Shown here one piece after another: positions 12,414 to 25,100 of a stretch of 64,000 nt of DNA. The stretch covers positions 85,975 through 149,974 of the forward strand of contig NIVC01000076.1 of the NCBI GenBank assembly GCA_002269645.1. The letters are read 5' to 3'. Position 1 is the first letter of the stretch. Every line of letters begins with the position of its first letter. The notes below the pieces were generated by a model. That model did not search any database. It was not told where the DNA came from and saw only the letters and a list, made by a program, of their open reading frames with translations. Position numbers and translations under genes: made by a program. This stretch comes from Macrostomum lignano (lineage: Eukaryota).

Positions 12414-13752
12414 TTTTGATTCTATTAACTGCGTTGAACACATTACTCGTAGTAACTTACTTTGTGCTTTTACATGTAACAAAAAAACCAAACTTAATTT
12501 TAACTAAATAGGATAAGTACATGTAACTTAATTATTGGGGCGAGAAAATCGGTAATTAATACTACGTACTTTCAATTTATATTGTAAATGAATCAGCCAT
12601 TTCTGTTGGTTTTGGAAACTGATTAAAATGACCGACTACATTTTCTGTTTTGAATCTCGGTTGCACGCGTATTTATTGTACGACCTTCTTGATAAACAAA
12701 ATGCTTGCATTGGTTAATGCCCACTTGAGGCGAGGACTGTTTGTGAATTGTCAGCTGAATATTTTGTTAAAGATACACTTTGCTGAAGTGCAGTGCTAAA
12801 GGTCTTCGAGAGATTCTGTGACTCAATTTCTTACAGGTGTACGTGCGTACTTTTGAAACTTCTCTTCTAATGCGTGCACACAATCTTTTAATTATTTGTC
12901 AACATCTGCCAGCAAGTGTATAGCGAAATATGTTAAATAGCTTCCGAAAAGTTTAATTTGTTTGATTTAATTTCACGCATACAGGCCTTCTTGTTCAGGT
13001 GCAGGTACAGCACATTTTGTATGTGTACGAGTACATGTAGTCAAATTTTTATGTACTGCATATCGGGGAATAAATGTAATTGACACACTATAGCTAGCTA
13101 GATTTTAACAACAATGAGAAATCCAGATACAGTTGGATAAGTTTTGAGCAAAAGTCTATAGTAATATTAGTCATCTCTTCAGATTGATAATTCCCAAATA
13201 AATGGTTACATGTGTGTGTGCATGTCCATGCACGTCATGCTCGACAGCGGCTAAGATTATTCAAAACAAATGCTTCTGTGCAATCGCAGTTTAATGTAGC
13301 TATGCATAAAAATAAAGCCACACAAGGCTGCGTAAGTTACCCAAGCGAAATCGAATACAAGTGTGGCTTAAAATGCATGTTGCGTTTGATGAAATGAAAA
13401 AGATTATCTGCAATATAATAGCTCTTAAATTGTTTGCACATTAACGGTTTTTTTTTAAATTAAAACAAAAGAAAATATTATTTGTTTCACAATACTTTCT
13501 GATTGTATTTCAAAAGTTCAAAATTAAGTTATATTTTTTTATTTTTAGTCCGTTGTTTCAGCCGAAATTTAAGTTGTACATAAGTGGGGCGATTTTTTGG
13601 TCACTCATATTTTCTTTTTTCTTTCTTGTTGCGTGATGCGGACTTTTGCGCGCATGCCCATGCAGTGAGAAGTCGTGTCGTTGTTCGGTTAGTCGTGAAT
13701 GATGAAGACAATAAAATTTTGTTCTTTTTGATGTAGTGTTTTTGTATTGTAA

Positions 13753-15034
13753 TAGGCACTTCAGTGAGAAAATTAAATTTCAGAAATTGTTATAGGCTGC
13801 TATTTCACTAGATAGATCTTACTTTCCCATTTCCAAAATGGCCAAACTTTAGTGATTTGGTTGAGTAATAAGGAAACTACAGCTATTTTAGTAACCCCGA
13901 TTTGTGCCTTTAGCCAATGGAATTTTTACATTACGGTTTGTGATCATTTTTGGCCAAAAAGTTGGCTTTTTGTCTTTGAACACTTGTAATTAATTTTCTA
14001 GCCAACCAAAATGACTGTGCTTGGTGTCATTTTGTTCAGTTTTTTAGTGTTAATTGTATGAATTATATATTTTAATATTATTTTATATGCCCAAGTTGCT
14101 AAGCTAATTGAAACAGGATGGGTGTATGAAATTTTGACTATTTTAACCAGATACGCAATGATTGCAATTTTAAAAATACAATAGCATCTGTTCTGCTTGC
14201 TTAATTTATACAAGGCTAGTGTCATTTTGTTCAGGTTTTTACCTACTATAATACTATTCTACTTCTTGCCCTAAATTTTTAATGCATGACAGACACCCCA
14301 ACTGCAATGTAATGTGCTGTACAGGCTTTGCGCATGGGTTTATTAAAAAACGGTTTTGCCTATCGTGTTCAGCATAGCAGAATTAGTTAAATGACACAGA
14401 GAACTAGTTTGCCGGAAGGCAGAGTCTCACAAAAAACACGAAATACACGTTTCAATGGGTATTTTACATGTAAACGTATCAAAAAAAGAAACCTCCACAA
14501 AATTTTTGCGCCTATAGCTATTGGCAAGCGGTTTTTTTTACTGTGCTTGTATTGTCAATAGGTAATGAAAAATATAAAGAGAAACAATGCAGGAAAAGGA
14601 TTTCATGGAAAATTTTGGATTTGAAATTTTGCATAGAGCCATATGGGCATTAAAAGAAAAAAAAAATTTTTTTAACACCAGAAAAATGTTTCTAAATTAT
14701 CCCTTTACACTATAAAACCTTTGTTTCCATTATAAGAAACACATTGCAGCTAAGAAAAAGCATTTTCTGAACCACTGTTTTTTTATTCATTTTGGCTTCA
14801 ATTTTATATTCCTCCTAAAAAATGGTCAACTTTAAAAATAGACAGTGCAAAAAGTATAACAAAGCTAGACTTGCAGTTGGTGTCATTTGAAAGAGCTCCT
14901 TTTTACCTTTTAAATGCATATTTTACTTTCATCCTAGCTTCTATAGTTTCTTTAAAATCGCCCTTGAAAAATTGGACTTTTTTCTTACTTTTTTGCCATT
15001 GGCACGCACTTCTTATAACTCACTGAAGTCCCTA
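13753..15034. mobile_element. Putative non-autonomous DNA transposon (~1.28 kb) with 16-bp TIRs and 7-bp flanking duplication
   Basis: Left end TAGGCACTTCAGTGAG versus right-end reverse complement TAGGGACTTCAGTGAG (15/16); ATTGTAA at 13746-13752 and 15035-15041; AT-rich non-coding interior. Confidence 0.6.
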
Positions 15035-15288
15035 ATTGTAATATCATACTCGTATAATCAGAAATTTGTGAATTTTGGGTAGGCCTATATGATTTATATT
15101 TATTAAATAAAACTTTACAATTTTATCAAATCATAAATTTTGTCACCTGTAACCATACTTCATAGCCAGGTCCCGTGATTTTTATGGGGTATTTAGGGTA
15201 TTTTAAATTTAAGCTCCATTTCTCTGTAACTTTGACTAAAATCCATATAATCAATAATCCATGTAGAATTTATTGTGGCAGAAGCTTT

Positions 15289-15695
15289 GGCAATCTTTTA
15301 CTTTACTGCATTTAATTAATTTAACCGTTTTTTTATTTCAGAACATAAAGATGGTAGGAGGATAAAAGGTGAGTGTCTTTAAGTGTTAGGTAAGTCAATT
15401 AGTCAGTAGTAATGAGCCACCCAGTACAGGAAGTTGCTAAACTCCTTTCTAGGAAAGAGCCAGCACCAGAGATACTCATTGAGATGGGTTTCAAACAGAG
15501 CTTCAGAAGTGCCATGCATTGCCCAGAACTTTGCCTTGACATGGGCCCACAACCCCTCGATGGTGTTTGTGTAGATCTATGGGTCATTAGGGTAGACAAA
15601 ATTGAGTCAATAATTCACAACAGCGTGGTTCTGCAAGCCATTGTAGGCCTGCCATCTGCCAAAATTAATTAAAGGCAGTAAAGTAAAAGATTGCC
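15289..15695 (-). mobile_element. Internally deleted Merlin (IS1016/IS1595-like) DNA transposon with a decayed transposase C-terminus
   Basis: ~35-bp TIRs starting GGCAATCTTTTACTTTACTGC; degenerate 8-bp TSD GAAGCTTT/AAAGTTTT (6/8). Minus strand ~15657-15403 reads WQAYNGLQNHAVVNY*LNFVYPNDP*IYTNTIEGLWAHVKAKF...HLNEYLW, matching the recalled Merlin/ISXO2 motifs (W.AY..L, H..VNH..NFV.P, HTN.IE..W...K, YL.EY.W). Confidence 0.8.
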
Positions 15696-16020
15696 AAAGT
15701 TTTTCATTTTAAATTGTATTGTAATTGTATTAAGATACAAAATACTAGCTAGGGCCTAGGCACAGCAATGGCACTAGGCTTAGGTATACATTAATATATA
15801 TCTATATGTAATCTTGACTAAAATACATATAAAATATATCAAAAATATAGGCCTACCTATACTATACCTAGTGCTAGGCTTAGGCCTAGTGCTACAGTCC
15901 CATAGTATAGGGGCCTACTTAGGCCATAGTTTGGAAAGCAACAGAACATGTATCAGCAATCTTCCAGTTTGTTTTGCGATATTATTCTCAAGTTTGAATT
16001 GGTGCTGCAACACAATGACA

Positions 16021-16709
16021 CATGCTTGAGTGCAACCTTGGGATTCACTCGCATACATGCGTAACCCCCCTGTTTTACACTGGCCATGTGACTTACTGGG
16101 TTTTTTTCATCCAAAATCTAGTTGCCAAATGGCAATGTTTTTGCAACAATTTTCATGCATTGATGAAAAAAATAATATGCTCAAATCAGCTTAGGCTTCT
16201 GGTTTTCAGCCAAGTCAATCTTAGCAGTAATAAAATGTGACAGACTGTTTTATCATTGGCAACTGCCTTGGTTCAAGTTGGTTGCCAGATTGGCCTCTGA
16301 TGCCACAAATCCAGTTGCCAATGGCTTTTTTGGGTTGCTGGTGGCTATCGTATGGCCTAAAAAAACCCAGGTGACTTACCTATGAAAGAAACCCTAGAGC
16401 AACATTACCTAAAAACTTTTGGGTAAATAGCAGGAGTAACTATGACTGTCTTATAAGGGCTAAATGCCTCATCATCTAATTAGTACTATGTCTGTATTCT
16501 TTGGGATGGGCATTTTTTGTGACTTACCCCTGGTCCACCACAATTTATAGTGGCCAGATTGGCCAGGTCGGCCAGCAGTTGTGTATGCATATTCACTTGG
16601 CCATTTCTATTGGACAGAATAGTAGTCACATGACTACTCTCAGCCAATAGCGACTTACATGTGTTGCTAATAGAAACAGCCAGGTGATTCCCAAGGTTGT
16701 GCATGCATG
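16021..16709. mobile_element. CAT...ATG MITE (170-bp palindromic type) interrupted by a nested related element at 16052-16591
   Basis: Outer termini CATGCTTGAGTGCAACC...GGTTGTGCATGCATG with TSD CAATGACA/TAATGATA (6/8). Inner element CATACATGCGTAAC...GTTGTGTATGCATA with TSD TTCACTCG/TTCACTTG (7/8). Confidence 0.72.
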
Positions 16710-17402
16710 TAATGATATGTTAGAAAATGATGTCTATGGCCAAAAGGGATGCAAAATAGCACTATTAAAGACATTCTGATTTCACTGGCTATCTGAGGAA
16801 TTTCTATGGCACTGCCTATACCCTGGCATAGCATTTGGTGCTGTGCTATATTGAGTGTCATATTATTATCCTCTGTAACCAGATCCTCTATAGTTTTCTG
16901 CTCTGTTTTTTGCCCCCCTTTAACTATTACTTGTCTGCTTCTATTTCAGATCCCTTTTGGCCATAGGTATCATTTTCTGATGTTTCACTACATTGACACA
17001 CCATTTTAAACTAAATAAACAAGCAAATAATATTGTGAAACAAACTGGAAGATTGCCCATATATCATATATGCTAGTTGCCAGGATTTCTTGGTATACTA
17101 TAAAAATGAAAGTATTAAAAATTTTTTATACTTTGTTTTTCATTGCAAAGGAATTGCAATGATTTTTAATAAATTCGGGAAAAGGTCTCTACATATGCCA
17201 AGTATACCAAAAAATTGGAAATATGATAGTCATATATGCCAAAATTAAAAAATTATGCAACTTTACTTTGTGCTTCAACAATAAAAGACATATTGTGCAG
17301 TTGCAAACAAAACAGTATGCAGTAAAATTTGTTAATATAGTATTAAAATGTATTATATGAATGCTGCAAAATGCACCTTGATGTTATCTCTATAACAACA
17401 TA

Positions 17403-17701
17403 CATACATGCGCAACAGTCGGCCGAGTCGGCCGATCCGGCCGACCGATTTGGCGGCCAACCAAGGAAGTCGCAAAAATGCCCACCCAAAAAAATGACCA
17501 AGTAGTAGTACTAAGTAGCTGACGAGGCATTTTAGCCTAATAAGACAGTCATCGTTACTCCTGCCGTTTACCCAAAGTTGCGTTAACTTTGCTTTAGGGT
17601 TTTTTTTACATGTAAGTCGCATTTTTGGCCAAAAACTACGTCGCATTCTTGTTAAAACTAAGTCGCATGGCCGACCGAATTTCGGAGGTTGCGCATGTAT
17701 G
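17403..17701. mobile_element. MITE with TIR CATACATGCGCAAC and perfect 8-bp TSD
   Basis: Perfect 14-bp TIR; ACAACATA at 17395-17402 and 17702-17709. Confidence 0.9.
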
Positions 17702-17776
17702 ACAACATATGACTCATGTTTGTAGGTAGAACTTTTGCAATACAATAAGCAGAAATATATGAAAAAGCAACTAAAA

Positions 17777-18756
17777 TAATAATAATAATAATAATAATAG
17801 TTACGCCCTATGCTAGCCACGGGAGTGGCCAAGAGGGGGGAGCGTCAAATCGCGCGTTTCAGAGCTAGGTCTCTAATGTGCTTCACACTGGCCATCTGGC
17901 TGGGTGCTCGCACATCTTCAAAAAGGCGGTCGACATAGTGGGCTGATCGTCCCTGGCCACACCTGCATGGTCCCTGCGGGGTCCACAGCAGGATGTCCTG
18001 CAGTGGCTCTGGGCAGCAGGCTTTAGCCCGGATGACATGTCTGGCAAGCCGCAGGCGCCGCTGACTCAGCAGGGCAGAAGGCCGCATCAGGCCTGTGTGC
18101 TTGTACAGGGACTCAGTTGTCTCGCTGCCAGGGCTGCGGCGGGCGCCGAAAGCGGCGCAGACTAGGGCTGCATGTGATGCGTTGAGCTGTGCCTCAAGCG
18201 CCCTGGTCAGCGTCCAGGTCTCAGCATTGTACAGCAGGGTGGTCTCAACAACCGCCTGGAACAGCTGGGACCTGGTGCCGTCAGACAGGGCCTCGGAGAG
18301 CAGCACCACCCGCACAGATCGGAAGGCAGCCCAGGCCTTGCCGCGCCATCTCATTAGGTCGTCACCGACATCTGGCACCAGTCCGCCAAGGTAGACAAAT
18401 GAAGGCACTTCAGGAGCGCCGTCCCGGGGCCATCGCCGTCTCAAAGTCGAATCTTGGCGGGTAGATCATGCGGCACCATCAGCACCTTGGTCTTCCTGGC
18501 GTTGATGACGAGACCGACCCTCGCCGCCACCACAGTCAGGCTGTCCAGCAGCCGTTGGGCGCCTTTGGCCATGGAAGACAGCAGGGCGAGGTCATCTGCG
18601 TAGCCAAGAACAGACAGTTTCTTCTCCGGGTGCCGTCTACTGGTGCGCCTTTGCAGCAGAAAGCCATCCTCTGATGTCGGCAGGCCGGTCCTGAGCACCC
18701 AGTCCATCACCAGCACAAAGAGAAAGGGCGCCAGAGTGTCACCCTGTAGCACTCCT
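17777..18756 (-). mobile_element. 5'-truncated, frameshifted non-LTR retrotransposon (RTE-like) RT C-terminus with (TAT)n tail
   Basis: GVLQGDTLAPFLF...LGYADDLALL in one frame; FVYLGG...TLLYNAETWTLT in a second frame (shift near 18442); short 3' UTR and trinucleotide tail at 17777-17799. Confidence 0.88.
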
Positions 18757-20213
18757 GTAGCACAAAATTATAGAAATGGCTACTAAAGGCAATCATTGAT
18801 ATAAAATGCATGTCCTGTAGGCCTTTCTCAGAAGCAAGTGATAAGTAATAACTTAGTAGATAAGTTAAGTTTAAAGTATTTTAGCAATCAAAATTTTTTT
18901 ATGGATAAAAAAATAACCCTTAATCTCTATGGCAGTAGCAATTATACGAGCTAGCTACTGAAAAAATATTTTTTGATACATATAAGCAAGAATATTGTGT
19001 CTGGTTGCAACAACAATCTCTACTAGCATATAAAAGCCAAGTGTATAGAGGTGGCAAGCCCCCCCCCCCTACTAGCCTTTCAAAAGCCAGGAGTATGGAG
19101 GGTGGCAAGCCAACAGCAAAGTTGAGGGGAGGTAGAGGTATGAGTTAAGGAATTATAACTAAATATGGCTTCTTAGTTCTTATTTAGGCTAAATATATAG
19201 GTCTTAGTTATAAATCCATCGTCCTACCTTGAAGATAATAGCATTTTTATTCATTAGTTACAAGTAATTTAATCAATATTAAATGCCTAGCAGCAATATA
19301 TAATTTAAACTTGCAATAGAGAAATATTTAATTGTTCTTTTTTTAAAACTGAATCCTTTAAAAGCAAAATTAAGAATGCGAGTGCTATCATTTTTTGTTA
19401 TGTGACATGTTTTGCTTTGCATCAGGCATCGTTAGGCTCCTGATATTTAGTTACAATTTATTTGTTTATTTACTTTTATTTAGCAATTAGATGATAGCAT
19501 TATAATTTAGCAATTATAAGTAAATAAACAAATATTGTAACTAAATTTTAAGACCCTTTTCATCAGATGCGCAACTTTACCATAGTAATCCTTTAAAGTC
19601 CTTTAAAGGTTAATTCAATTAACATATTGTTTTTTCTAGGTCAATGTAGTTTGCGCTAGTAATCAAGTTGCAATTTCATTTTTCTTTTTCTTTTCTTTTG
19701 TTTTTCTTTTCTTTCATTTCTTTTATTTTTCTTGTCTTGTTGTTTTTGTTGTTTTTGAATTTTTAATTTCTTGGGTAGAACTTGGCTAGTAGCCTCTTTA
19801 TATAGCTAGATTGGCTAAGTCATTCTTCTATCATATATCTATGCATAAGGACATCAATTTTTTCATTTGGTATATTTCAAGTCTTTTCTAAAATGCTATC
19901 TTCTTAAAAGATTTCTAGTTTTGTTTCATATGCATATAGCTATATAAGAACATAAAGTAGACTGAAAATTTAGTGAATAAAATAGAATGTATTTGAATGT
20001 GCACAATAATTTTTTTAAGATATTAGGATTGAAACTGAATGATTAGGAGAGAAGAAGCTGAATTGTAAGATTAAAACATTTAGAAAATCAAATTTGTAAA
20101 AGCATATGATGACTACCAATTGTTTTTTGCTATATATAAAAACTTAACTATAATTTGTATTTATAATTTTGCAAAATAATACAACATAGTTAATATGTTT
20201 TTTATGTTTTGTC

Positions 20214-20358
20214 CATGCTTGGGCGCAACCTAGGGATTCACCTGGCCATTTCTTTTGGCAACACACACATGTAAGTTGCTATTGGATAGAATAGTAGTCA
20301 CTAATGTGTGTGTTGCCAATAGAAAGAGCTGAGTGATTCCCAAGGTTGCGCGTATATG
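20214..20358. mobile_element. Palindromic CAT...ATG MITE copy with an internal deletion
   Basis: CATGCTTGGGCGCAACC...GGTTGCGCGTATATG; TSD GTTTTGTC/GTTTTGCC (7/8). Confidence 0.8.
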
Positions 20359-22133
20359 GTTTTGCCTGCATTATTGGTATCTGGAAAATACTATTGTAAT
20401 AATGTATTTTAAAGCCCCAGGAATTTGCTAGCTAAACTTTTGTAGATCTTTTTTATACCAAACTTTTTTGAATGAATTGATGCTAATTGTTTTTATAATG
20501 ATAGTTGCCTTACTAAACACACAGAAAAAAAATTAAAATATGTAGAATAGCCTACTTAAGGAATAGTTGATAAATAAAGATTATTATCAATATGAATGAG
20601 ATTGATAGTTCAAATCACATTTAAACTCATATAGCATGCTGGTATCGCCTCTAAATAGTGATTGTTGAAATAATAGCTCATATTGGTAAGTAGGGATTTC
20701 CAAATCCTACCACTTTTCAATCATCAGATTAGGAAATCCCAAAATCCCAGGATTATACTCGTAAATCAAAGTAATTCCCAGCCCAAAGTAATTTTAGTCC
20801 TCCTAGACAGACCTTGATAAAGATTTAATTAGTTTTCAAATGTAATCATAGGCTGTGATGATAGTTTTAGCCTTCAATTTTTTGTTGAAAAGAAAGCATC
20901 TTACTCTTATTCACATTGTAGGAACTAGATCTACTAGATCTAGTTCTATGGTCACAACCATATCACAGACCATGCCTCGCCTCATGATTAGCTGACATTG
21001 TGGGTTAGTATTGGTGGGTCAACTGTCTGTCGGTAGTAAAATATGAAATTTGGAATTGCATGAATTGCTGTCATTTAAAAAGTTGCTATTGTAAATCCCA
21101 GAATTTACAGTTGTCGAAAATCCCAAATTTTAAGAATACATTCCAGACTATACTGGTGAATCACAAGAAATTGCATCCGTAGTAACACTTTTGATGCTTT
21201 AAAAAATCATTCCCCAGAATAAAGTAGTATTTGCTCAAGTGTAGCTGCAGCAAAAAATTAACGGGATTAATTTGGTTAGATTGTTCGCCTGACTGCCCCT
21301 TTTAAATTGTATTTTTAGTTCTAACTTTAATCCCTCGGCTTGCTGCTCCCAATCCCATCAGAACAGTGAGGCATTCCCTGAAAGATAGAAGTTTCAGGCA
21401 GGGGAAGGAAAAGATCGGATTGAGCAGGGGGGCAGTGCAGTGAAGGAGGAAAGAGTGTAGCCGAATGGGAAAAAGATCTGTGCGCAGCGGGGCATTGGCT
21501 CTTTCAGTCAGTTAGTCAGGCAGGCAGTCTGTGTGCTTTGATGAAAAAAAACTGATGGGCCATTCGCTTCCCTAAAGGCATCCTGCAGGAGGGAAGCCAG
21601 AGAGCTAGTGAGGGAAGGGGGGCAGGTCCCGGCCGATTTGAGGAGAATTTGAGAAGGAATGAAAACGTGCTCAATAGCGCTCGTCCAATAGGAGAGCTGA
21701 CTTCTTCAATATATCCAAACATCAAAGCGTTATTTCGCCTATATTGCAGTTCTGTCCCATAGTCCATAGTTTCTCTCTGTCTGTGTCTACACTGTCTATA
21801 TATGCCGATATTTTCAGACCCCATCCCCAATCTTTGGCTAATCGTTACATTCAACCCAGCTTCCCACAAGTTTTATATTGCTATAAAGTATATGTATTAA
21901 TATAACGTTTACTCTAAAAGATTGAAACTCCGCTGCTTTCTTGATTCAATATTTATTTTCGCTTTTTCAGGCTCTCACGGTGCGAAATAGTTAACAATAA
22001 TAACCATATTAACAGTGAGAGAGAAAGAGAGAGAGAGAGAGAGAAAGAGAGAAAGGCGATTCGACAAGGGCGAAAGTCGGCTTCGACTCGATAGAGAGAG
22101 AGAAAGAGCAAAGGATTGTGAGGCTGACGCAGC

Positions 22134-25100
22134 ATGCCAGCTCTAGTGGATATCAATGTCACAATGGCCCTGACGCCAGTGTCACACTCGCCAATGGACG
22201 CCGAACAATGGGGCCGTCAGAGATTCGCTATATTTTTAGCCGCTTCAATTGGTTTGTACGCCGGTTTAGGATGCCTATTATTAGCCTGTATAGGTATCGT
22301 TTGGCGCCGTCGGAGGCGCTTAAATCGGCGCCGATTACGCGCCGGCGCCTCGTCGGCGGCTGTGTCCTCGTCGTCGGCCGCTATGGGCAACGGTGGTCAC
22401 AATTTTGGCACCAATCACGACTGGCTGCTGGCGAGAGGCACCGGCTGCAGCTCTTCGTCAGCTGGCGGGACTCCGTCGATGGATGACTGCAGCGTTCGGT
22501 TGGTCAGGCAGCTGCCTTGTTCGGGAAAAGCCGCCATCATCTACGAGGCTGTGCTAGATGTGAGACTCCATAATCCCCTATTTAGATTCTATAATCCCTT
22601 ATTTAGATTATCTAATCCTCATTTTGGATTCTTTAATCCTCATTTTAGATTCTCTAACCCCCATTTTGAATTTTCTGATTCCCATTTTAGATTCTCTAAT
22701 CGCCATATTGGATTTCCTGATCCCCATTTTAGATTCTTTGATCCCCATTTTAAATTCTCTAATCGCCATTTTATAGATTGTCTAATCTCCATCTAGCATT
22801 CTTTAATCCTCATTTTAAATTCTCTAATCCCCATTGTAGATTCTCTGATCCCCATTTTAGATTCTCTGATCCCCATTTTAGATTCTCTAATCGCCATTTT
22901 GGATTTTCTGATCCCCATTTTAGACTCTCTAATCGCCATTTTAGATTCTCTGATCCCCATTTTAGATTCTCTAATCGCCATTTTAGATTCTCTGATCCCC
23001 ATTTTAGATTCTCTGATCCCCATTTTAGATTCTCTAATCGCCATTTTAGATTCTCTGATCCCCATTTTAGATTCTCTGATCCCCATTTTAGATTCTCTAA
23101 TCGCCATTTTAAATCCTCTAATCCAGATTATAGATTTTAAATCTCCATTTAAGATTCTCTAATCCTCATTTTATAGATTCTCTAATCCTCATTTTATAGA
23201 TTCTCTAATCCTCATTTTATAGATTCTCTAATCCTCATTTTATAGATTCTCTAATCCTCATTTTATAGATTCTCTAATCCTCATTTTATAGATTGTCTAA
23301 TCTCCATCTAGCATTCTTTAATCCTCATTTTAGATTCTCTGATCTCCATTTTAGATTCTCTAATCCTCATTGTTGATAGTATAATCCCCATTGTAGATTC
23401 TCTGATCCCCATTTGAGATTTTATAACCCCCTTGTCCACCCTCAATAATCAGTCTCATAAGCTACTGAATTCTGATTCGACCCATTCATACTTTAGTCTC
23501 AGAACGGCGATCCCTTATCACCCTTCCCATCATGCCTCATTCAGTCCTCAGCCGGTGACAGCAGCGGCAGTCGATCGTGTGTTGCCAAACTATTTTATCC
23601 GGAATCGTCGAGCTCTATAGCCCAGTACCGGTCTGAGCTGTCTTCTTATCGCAAGCTGGAACGAGCCAACGCTGTGACATTCTTCCCCAGGCTGTTTGGT
23701 TGCACAATGTACACCGGACAGAGGCCATGTCTGCTGCTGGAACTGGCCACCGGGGGCTGCTTATCCGACCAGTTGGCCGATAGGTGAATTCTTATCTATC
23801 ACTTAGTTCTCGCTGTACTTTTAGATATTGATAAAACCCCAGGAGTATTGTATCTGAAAGCACTTTAACGAGTTTCTTGTGTCATAGTACTCTTGGCGCG
23901 ACATGTTCAAATTTGAAATGGCATAACCGTTTTATTGGCCTTTCAATTATTATCTAGATTTAGATTAGCTAGATCTATATTGTCTATATTTATATAAGCA
24001 TTAGCAAGGGCGTGAGAGATTTGCTATCTTATATACTTAGCTTTTATTCTGTAAAACTGTTACGTACAATTTGCGTATATGCAGCGTAGGTCTACTTATT
24101 GGCTATGAGTTTATAAGCCTGCTAATCATAATTATTAATACGCTCGTATACAGCATTGCTTTGCAGAGATGCCTACCACAGTTCAGTTAATTAGCATTAT
24201 TACCTTCATTCGATTTTATATGCACTACGCACTGACGATTAGTGTTAAACCTAGACAAAGCTGGGTAGAAGAGGTGGGAACGTATTTCATAGTCGTGCAT
24301 CAGTCTTGAAGGGGTACCCAGATTTATGTAGGATACCTAGATTAATAAATACAGATAAACAGCCGTGTACTCAGATTAATACCTAAATAAATACTCAGTC
24401 ATATAGCCATATAAATACTAAATAAGTACCTAGCCGTATACCCAGATAAGTACCCAGTCATATACCCAGATGTCCAAAAAAGTGGCCATCCTTTTTAGGT
24501 GGACAGCAGGGTATTTATTTGGGTACATAATTAACTTTGAGTGACACTAAAAATCCCAATGAATATATCCAGCTGCTTAAGTGAACTCAAGCCCCCATCT
24601 GTTACTCACTTTCAACTGATAAAATTCAACCAATCAAGGTGCTACAGCTGGTCAGATTTCTGCCGTTTAGCCTGCGCCCTCTGCGCCGCCGTGGCCCAGT
24701 TTCACAGCATCGGTCGGGCTCATTGCCGATTAGAGACTGCCAGCTTTGTGCTCAGAGGGCCGCTGGCACCACTGCTAGTGGGCCTGTCCGGCTTCTGGTC
24801 CACCGTTGGTAGTCACCTGCGCTACGCTGCACCAGAGCTGTTAGCAGCTTCCCAGCAGACTCCGCAGCATCATAATCAGAAACGGAATGGCAAATTGCAT
24901 CAGCAGGGTCAGGGCTCGTTCAATCTGGAACAGCTGATGGCGGCTGATTCTTATTCGCTAGGCCTCATACTGTGGGAGGTCGCTACCCGGTAAGTCCAAT
25001 CACAGTGTATTAGTCTTCTACCGGTATGGGATACTTTGATATGGTTATGATGTCATTGATACTTACTGACGTCATCGACCCTCATTAATGCTTGCTCACA

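Noticed and set aside
12414-12900. SECIS element for the SelM-like gene
   Set aside because: The ORF has no in-frame UGA, and no convincing AUGA/AA/GA stem-loop was seen by eye.
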